Shown here: in pieces, positions 57,013 to 64,000 of the stretch
Numbering within the stretch: position 1 is the first letter of the stretch
Layout of the letters: each line of letters begins with the position of its first letter
From: the human T2T-CHM13v2.0 reference genome, Homo sapiens
Length of the DNA stretch: 64,000 nucleotides
Assembly (NCBI RefSeq): GCF_009914755.1
Contig: NC_060929.1
Reading direction: 5' to 3' (one strand)
The notes under the pieces: model-generated
Seen by the model: only the letters and a program-made list of their open reading frames with translations
The model's database searches: none
Told to the model about the DNA's origin: nothing
Translations under genes and position numbers: made by a program

Positions 57013-60000
57013 TCTTTGTGATGTGTGCGTTCAACTCACAGAGTTTAACCTTTCTTTTCATAGAGCAGTTAGGAAACACTCTGTTTGTAAACTCTGCAAG
57101 TGGATATTCAGACCTCTTTGAGGCCTTCGTTGGAAACGGGATTTCTTCATACTGTGCTAGACAGAAGAATTCTCAGTAACTTCCTTGTGTTGTGTGTATT
57201 CAACTCACAGAGTTGACCGATCCTTTACACAGAGCAGACTTGTAACACTCTTTTTGTGGAATTTGCAAGTGGAGATTTCAGCCGCTTTGAAGTCAAAGGT
57301 AGAAAAGGGAATATCTTCCTATAAAAACTAGACAGAATGATTCTCAGAAACTCCTTTGTGATGTGTGCGTTCAACTCACAGAGTTTAACCTTTCTTTTCA
57401 TAGAGCAGTTAGGAAACACTCTGTTTCTAAAGTCTGCAAGTGGATATTCAGACCTCTTTGAGGCCTTCGTTGGAAACGGGTTTTTTTCATATAAGGCTAG
57501 AGAGAAGAATTCCCAGTAACTTCCTTGTGTTGTGTGTGTTCAACTCACAGAGTTGAACTTTCATTTACACAGAGCAGATTTGAAACACTCTTTTTGTGGA
57601 ATTTGCAAGTGGAGATTTCAAGCGCTGTGAGGCCAAAGGCAGAAAAGGAAATATCTTCGTATAAAAACTAGACAGAATCATTCTCAGAAACTGCTCTGCG
57701 ATGTGTGCGTTCAACTCTCAGAGTTTAACTTTTCTTTTCATTCAGCAGTTTGGAAACACTCTGTTTGTAAAGTCTGCACGTGGATAATTTGACCACTTAG
57801 AGGCCTTCGTTGGAAACGGGTTTTTTTCATGTAAGGCTAGACAGAAGAATTCTCAGTAACTTCCTTGTGTTGTGTGTATTCAACTCACACAGTTGAACGA
57901 TCCTTTACACAGAGCAGACTTGTAACACTCTTTTTGTGGAATTTGCAAGTGGAGATTTCAGCCGCTTTGAAGTCAAATGTAGAAAAGGAAATATCTTCCT
58001 ATAAAAACTAGACAGATTCTCAGAAACTCCTTTGTGATGTGTGCGTTCAACTCACAGAGTTTAACCTTTCTTTTCATAGAGCAGTTAGGAAACACTCTGT
58101 TTGTAAAGTCTGCAAGTGGATATTCAGACCTCTTTGAGGCCCTCGTTGGAAACGGGTTTTTTTCATATAAGGCTAGACAGAAGAATTCCCAGTAACTTCC
58201 TTGTGTTGTGTGTGTTCAACTCACAGAGTTGAACTTTCATTTACACAGAGCAGATTTGAAACACTCTTTTTGTGGAATTTGCAAGTGGAGATTTCAAGCG
58301 CTTTGAGGCCAAAGGCAGAAAAGGAAATATCTTCGTATAAAAACTAGACAGAATCATTCTCAGAAACTGCTCTGTGATATGTCCGTTCAACTCTCAGAGT
58401 TTAACTTTTCTTTTCATTCAGCAGTTTGGAAACACTCTGTTTGTAAAGTCTGCACGTGGATAATTTGACCACTTAGAGGCCTTCGTTGGAAATGGGTTTT
58501 TTTCATGTAAGGCTAGACAGAAGAGTTCTCAGTAACTTCCTTGTGTTGTGTGTATTCAACTCACACAGTTGAACGATCCTTTACAGAGAGCAGACTTGTA
58601 ACACTCTTTTTGTGGAATTTGCAAGTGGAGATTTCAGCCGCTTTGAAGTCAAAGTAGAAAAGGAAATATCTTCCTATAAAAACTAGACAGAATGATTCTC
58701 AGAAACTCCTTTGTGATGTGTGCGTTCAACTCACAGAGTTTAACCTTTCTTTTCATAGAGCAGTTAGGAAACACTCTGCTTGTAAAGTCTGCAAGTGGAT
58801 ATTCAGCCCTCTTTGAGGCCTTCGTTGGAAACGGGTTTTTTTCATATAAGGCTAGACAGAAGAATTCCCAGTAACTTCCTTGTGTTGTGTGTGTTCAACT
58901 CACAGAGTTGAACTTTCATTTACACAGAGCAGATTTGAAACACTCTTTTTGTGGAATTTGCAAGTGGAGATTTCAAGCGCTTTGAGGCCAAAGGCAGAAA
59001 AGGAAATATCTTCGTATAAAAACTAGACAGAATCATTCTCAGAAACTGCTCTGCGATGTGTGCGTTCAACTCTCAGAGTTTAACTTTTCTTTTCATTCAG
59101 CAGTTTGGAAACACTCTGTTTGTAAAGTCTGCACGTGGATATTTTGACCACTTAGAGGCCTTCGTTGGAAACGGGTTTTTTTCCTGTAAGGCTAGACAGA
59201 AGAATTCCCAGTAACTTCCTTGTGTTGTGTACATTCAACTCACAGAGTTGAACGTTCCCTTAGACAGAGCAGATTTGAAACACTCTTTTTGTGCAATTGG
59301 CAAGTGGAGATTTCAAGCGCTTTAAGGTCAATGGCAGAAAAGGAAATATCTTCGTTTCAAAACTAGAGAGAATCATTCCCAAAAACTGCGTTGTGATGTG
59401 TTCGTTCATCTCACAGAGTTTAACCTTTCTTTTCATAGAGCAGTTAGGAAACAGTCTGTTTGTAAATTCTGTAAGTGGATATTCTGACATCTTGTGGCCT
59501 TCGTTGGAAACGGGATTTCTTCATATTCTGCTAGACAGAAGAATTCTCAGAATCTTCCTTGTGTTGTGTGTATTCAACTCACAGAGTTGAACGATGGTTT
59601 ACACAGAGCAGATTTGAAACACTCTTTTTGTGGAATTTGCAAGTGGAGATTTCAGCCGCTTTGAGGTCAATGGTAGAAAAGGAAATATCTTCGTATAAAA
59701 ACTAGACAGAATGATTCTCAGAAACTTCTTTGTGATGTGTGCGTTCAACTCACAGAGTTTAACCTTTCTTTTCATAGAGCAGTTAGGAAACACTGTGTTT
59801 GTAAACTCTGCAAGTGGATATTCAGACCTCTTTGAGGCCTTCGTTGGAAACGGGATTTCTTCATACTGTGCTAGACAGAAGAATTCTCAGTAACTTCCTT
59901 GTGTTGTGTGTATTCAACTCACAGAGTTGAACGATCCTTTACACAGAGCAGACTTGAAACACTCTTTTTGTGGAATTTGCAAGTGGAGATTTCAGCCGCG

Positions 60001-61599
60001 TTGAGGTCAATGGTAGAAAAGGAAATATCTTCGTATAAAAACTAGACAGAATGATTCTCAGAAACTCCTTTGTGATGTGTGTGTTCAACTCACAGAGTTT
60101 AACATTTCTTTTCATAGAGCAGTTAGGAAACACTCTGTTTGTAAAGTCTGCAAGTGGATATTCAGACCTCTTTGAGGCCTTCGTTGGAAACGGGTTTTTT
60201 TCATATAAGGCTAGACAGAAGAATTCCCAGTAACTTCCTTGTGTTGTGTGTGTTCAACTCACAGAGTTGAACTTTCATTTACACAGAGCAGATTTGAAAC
60301 ACTCTTTTTGTGGAATTTGCAAATGGAGATTTCAAGCGCTTTGAGGCCAAAGGCAGAAAAGGAAATATCTTCGTATAAAAACTAGACAGAATCATTCTCA
60401 GAAACTGCTCTGCGATGTGTGCGTTCAACTCTCAGAGTTTAACTTTTCTTTTCATTCAGCAGTTTGGAAACACTCTGTTTGTAAAGTCTGCACGTGGATA
60501 ATTTGACCACTTAGAGGCCTTCGTTGGAAACGGGTTTTTTTCATGTAAGGCTAGACAGAAGAATTCTCAGTAACTTCCTTGTGTTGTGTGTATTCAACTC
60601 ACAGAGTTGAACGATCCTTTACACAGAGCAGACTTGTAACACTCTTTTTGTGGAATTTGCAAGTGGAGATTTCAGCCGCTTTGAAGTCAAAGGTAGAAAA
60701 GGAAATATCTTCCTATAAAAACTAGACAGAATGATTCTCAGAAACTCCTTTGTGATGTGTACGTTCAACTCACAGAGTTTAACCTTTCTTTTCATAGAGC
60801 AGTTAGGAAACACTCTGTTTGTAAAGTCTGCAAGTGGATATTGAGACCTCTTTGAGGCCTTCGTTGGAAACGGGTTTTTTTCACATAAGGCTAGACAGAA
60901 GGATTCCCAGTAACTTCCTTGTGTTGTGTGTGTTCAACTCAGAGAGTTGAACTTTCATTTACAAAGAGCAGATTTGAAACACTCTTTTTGTGGAATTTGC
61001 AAGTGGAGATTTCAAGCGCTTTGAGGCCAAAGGCAGAAAAGGAAATATCTTCGTATAAAAACTAGACAGAATCATTCTCAGAAACTGCTCTGCGATGTGT
61101 GCGTTCAACTCTCAGAGTTTAACTTTTCTTTTCATTCAGCAGTTTGGAAACACTCTGTTTGTAACGTCTGCACGTGAATAATTTGACCACTTAGAGGCCT
61201 TCGTTGGAAACGGGTTTTTTTCATGTAAGGCTAGACAGAAGAATTCTCAGTAACTTCCTTGTGTTGTGTGTATTCAACTCACAGAGTTGAACGATCCTTT
61301 ACACAGAGCAGACTTGTAACACTCTTTTTGTGGAATTTGCAAGTGGAGATTTCAGCCGCTTTGAAGTCAAAGGTAGAAAAGGAAATATCTTCCTATAAAA
61401 ACTAGACAGAATGATTCTCAGAAACTCCTTTGTGATGTGTGCGTTCAACTCACAGAGTTTAACCTTTCTTTTCATAGAGCAGTTAGGAAACACTCTGCTT
61501 GTAAAGTCTGCAAGTGGATATTCAGCCCTCTTTGAGGCCTTCGTTGGAAACGGGTTTTTTTCCTGTAAGGCTAGACAGAAGAATTCCCAGTAACTTCCT

Positions 61600-64000
61600 T
61601 GTGTTGTGTACATTCAACTCACAGAGTTGAACGTTCCCTTAGACAGAGCAGATTTGAAACACTCTTTTTGTGCAATTGGCAAGTGGAGATTTCAAGCGCT
61701 TTGAGGTCAATGGCAGAAAAGGAAATATCTTCGTTTCAAAACTAGACAGAATCATTCCCACAAACTGCGTTGTGATGTGTTCGTTCAACTCACAGAGTTT
61801 AACCTTTCTTTTCATAGAGCAGTTAGGAAACAGTCTGTTTGAAAATTCTGTAAGTGGATATTCTGACATCTTGTGGCCTTCGTTGGAAACGGAATTTCTT
61901 CATATTCTGCTAGACAGAAGAATTCTCAGAATCTTCCTTGTGTTGTGTGTATTCAACTCACAGAGTTGAACGATGGTTTACACAGAGCAGATTTGAAACA
62001 CTCATTTGGTGGAATTTGCAAGTGGAGATTTCAGCCGCTTTGAGGTCAATGGTAGAAAAGGAAATATCTTCGTATAACAACTAGACAGAATGATTCTCAG
62101 AAACTTCTTTGTGATGTGTGTGTTCAACTCACAGAGTTTAACCTTTCTTTTCATAGAGCAGTTAGGAAACACTGTGTTTTTAAACTCTGCAAGTGGATAT
62201 TCAGACCTCTTTGAGGCCTTCGTTGGAAACGGGTTTCTTCATACTGTGCTAGACAGAAGAATTCTCAGTAACTTCCTTGTGTTGTGTGTATTCAACTCAC
62301 AGAGTTGAACGATCCTTTACACAGAGCAGACTTGAAACACTCTTTTTGTGGAATTTGCAAGTGGAGATTTCAGCCGCGTTGAGGTCAATGGTAGAAAAGG
62401 AAATATCTTCGTATAAAAACTAGACAGAATGATTCTCAGAAACTCCTTTGTGATGTGTGCGTTCAACTCACAGAGTTTAACCTTTCTTTTCATAGAGCAG
62501 TTAGGAAACACTCTGCTTGTAAAGTCTGCAAGTGGATATTCAGACCTCTTTGAGGCCTTCGTTGGAAACGGGTTTTTTTCATATAAGGCTAGACAGAAGA
62601 ATTCCCAGTAACTTCCTTGTGTTGTGTGTGTTCAACTCACAGAGTTGAACTTTGATTTACACAGAGCAGATTTGAAACACTCTTTTTGTGGAATTTGCAA
62701 GTGGAGATTTCAAGCGCTTTGAGGCCAAAGGCAGAAAAGGAAATATCTTCGTATAAAAACTAGACAGAATCATTCTCAGAAACTGCTCTGCGATGTGTGC
62801 GTTCAACTCTCAGAGTTTAACTTTTCTTTTCATTCAGCAGTTTGGAAACACTCTGTTTGTATAGTCTGCACGTGGATATTTTGACCACTTAGAGGCCTTC
62901 GTTGGAAACGGGTTTTTTTCCTGTAAGGCTAGACAGAAGAATTCCCAGTAACTTCCTTGTGTTGTGTACATTCAACTCACAGAGTTGAACGTTCCCTTAG
63001 ACAGAGCAGATTTGAAACACTCTTTTTGTGCAATTGGCAAGTGGAGATTTCAAGCGCTTTGAGGTCAATGGCAGAAAAGGAAATATCTTCGTTTCAAAAC
63101 TAGACAGAATCATTCCCACAAACTGCGTTGTGATGTGTTCGTTCAACTCACAGAGTTTAACCTTTCTTTTCATAGAGCAGTTAGGAAACAGTCTGTTTGA
63201 AAATTCTGTAAGTGGATATTCTGACATCTTGTGGCCTTCGTTGGAAACGGGATTTCTTCATATTCTGCTAGACAGAAGAATTCTCAGAATCTTCCTTGTG
63301 TTGTGTGTATTCAACTCACAGAGTTGAACGATGGTTTACACAGAGCAGATTTGAAACACTCATTTGGTGGAATTTGCAAGTGGAGATTTCAGCCGCTTTG
63401 AGGTCAATGGTAGAAAAGGAAATATCTTCGTATAACAACTAGACAGAATGATTCTCAGAAACTTCTTTGTGATGTGTGTGTTCAACTCACAGAGTTTAAC
63501 CTTTCTTTTCATAGAGCAGTTAGGAAACACTGTGTTTTTAAACTCTGCAAGTGGATATTCAGACCTCTTTGAGGCCTTCGTTGGAAACGGGTTTCTTCAT
63601 ACTGTGCTAGACAGAAGAATTCTCAGTAACTTCCTTGTGTTGTGTGTATTCAACTCACAGAGTTGAACGATCCTTTACACAGAGCAGACTTGAAACACTC
63701 TTTTTGTGGAATTTGCAAGTGGAGATTTCAGCCGCGTTGAGGTCAATGGTAGAAAAGGAAATATCTTCGTATAAAAACTAGACAGAATGATTCTCAGAAA
63801 CTCCTTTGTGATGTGTGTGTTCAACTCACAGAGTTTAACATTTCTTTTCATAGAGCAGTTAGGAAACACTCTGTTTGTAAAGTCTGCAAGTGGATATTCA
63901 GACCTCTTTGAGGCCTTCGTTGGAAACGGGTTTTTTTCATATAAGGCTAGACAGAAGAATTCCCAGTAACTTCCTTGTGTTGTGTGTGTTCAACTCACAG
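61600..64000 (+). repeat. Basic 8-mer HOR (C-D-E-B, 1358 bp), about 1.75 copies
   Basis: ORF pairs 61639/62997, 62090/63448 and 62317/63675 are all 1358 bp apart. Confidence 0.88.

Larger units (their letters stand above)
40..63931 (+). promoter_or_regulatory. CENP-B box positions every ~340 bp (about 189 positions, about 20 seen with a mutated core); first box at 40-56
   Basis: CTTCGTTGGAAACGGG(A/T) at 40, 720, 1060, 1400, 1740, 2079 and onward, matching the core nTTCGnnnnAnnCGGGn. It ends GGGA in most C/D dimers and GGGT plus a T-run in A/B/E dimers. Confidence 0.95.
1..64000 (+). repeat. Alpha satellite higher-order-repeat array, SF1 dimeric type (~340-bp dimer), one orientation throughout
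   Basis: Continuous ~170-bp monomers with canonical alphoid motifs (CATTCTCAGAAAC, TTCAACTCACAGAGTT, TTTGAAACACTCTTTTTG, GGAAATATCTTC). An EcoRI site (GAATTC) and a CENP-B box recur every 339-340 bp, and the ORF track repeats at multiples of 340. Confidence 0.99.
1..64000 (+). repeat. Tentative locus: active HOR array D10Z1 (S1C10H1L, chr10); the alternative is D1Z7/D5Z2/D19Z3 (S1C1/5/19H1L)
   Basis: SF1 dimer organisation is visible. The shortest unit is a 1358-bp 8-mer (61639 to 62997) with an RsaI site (GTGTACATT) before each C dimer, which fits my recollection of the chr10 8-mer. Not verified by alignment. Confidence 0.6.

Noticed and set aside
480-63969. All 60-105 aa ORFs (MFPNCSMKRK..., MILRNSFVMC..., MSEYPLTEF..., MQLASGDF...)
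   Set aside because: They are chance open frames of the satellite that recur at 340-bp multiples and overlap on both strands. Many depend on non-ATG starts, and they are freely broken by SNVs and indels. I recognise no protein family. I used them only as positional markers.
1-64000. CRISPR-like or other repeat-spacer system
   Set aside because: There are no unique spacers and no cas or other genes. The sequence between conserved motifs is itself tandemly repeated.
1-64000. Transposon insertion (L1, Alu), inversion or non-satellite island
   Set aside because: The dimer register is continuous and every CENP-B box reads on the + strand. I saw no poly-A tail, target-site duplication or foreign sequence.
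1-64000. A previously undescribed biological system
   Set aside because: Everything visible is explained by known alpha satellite biology. Any novelty is limited to the specific structural variants and their history, which I cannot check against databases.

Overview
The whole 64 kb window is one uninterrupted, single-orientation array of primate (almost certainly human) centromeric alpha satellite. It is built from a ~340-bp dimer of two ~170-bp monomers with a CENP-B box in every second monomer, the suprachromosomal family 1 (SF1) pattern. My best guess for the locus is chr10 D10Z1, but I cannot exclude D1Z7/D5Z2/D19Z3 by eye. I see no genes, RNA genes, transposons, inversions or CRISPR, and all listed ORFs are artefacts of the repeat. 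I found no new biological system. The interest is in array architecture. Five dimer types (my labels A-E) form a C-D-E-B 8-mer that is lengthened by a variable number of A-B tetramers. A nearly invariant ~29.7-kb expansion of a 2379-bp 14-mer (~20250-49950) carries a broken CENP-B box in each complete copy. It contains a 10-mer junction that appears to record a 6457-bp sub-duplication, and it ends in a three-part mosaic dimer. A ~6.3-kb segment recurs about 48 kb downstream. All variant calls were read by eye and may be incomplete.
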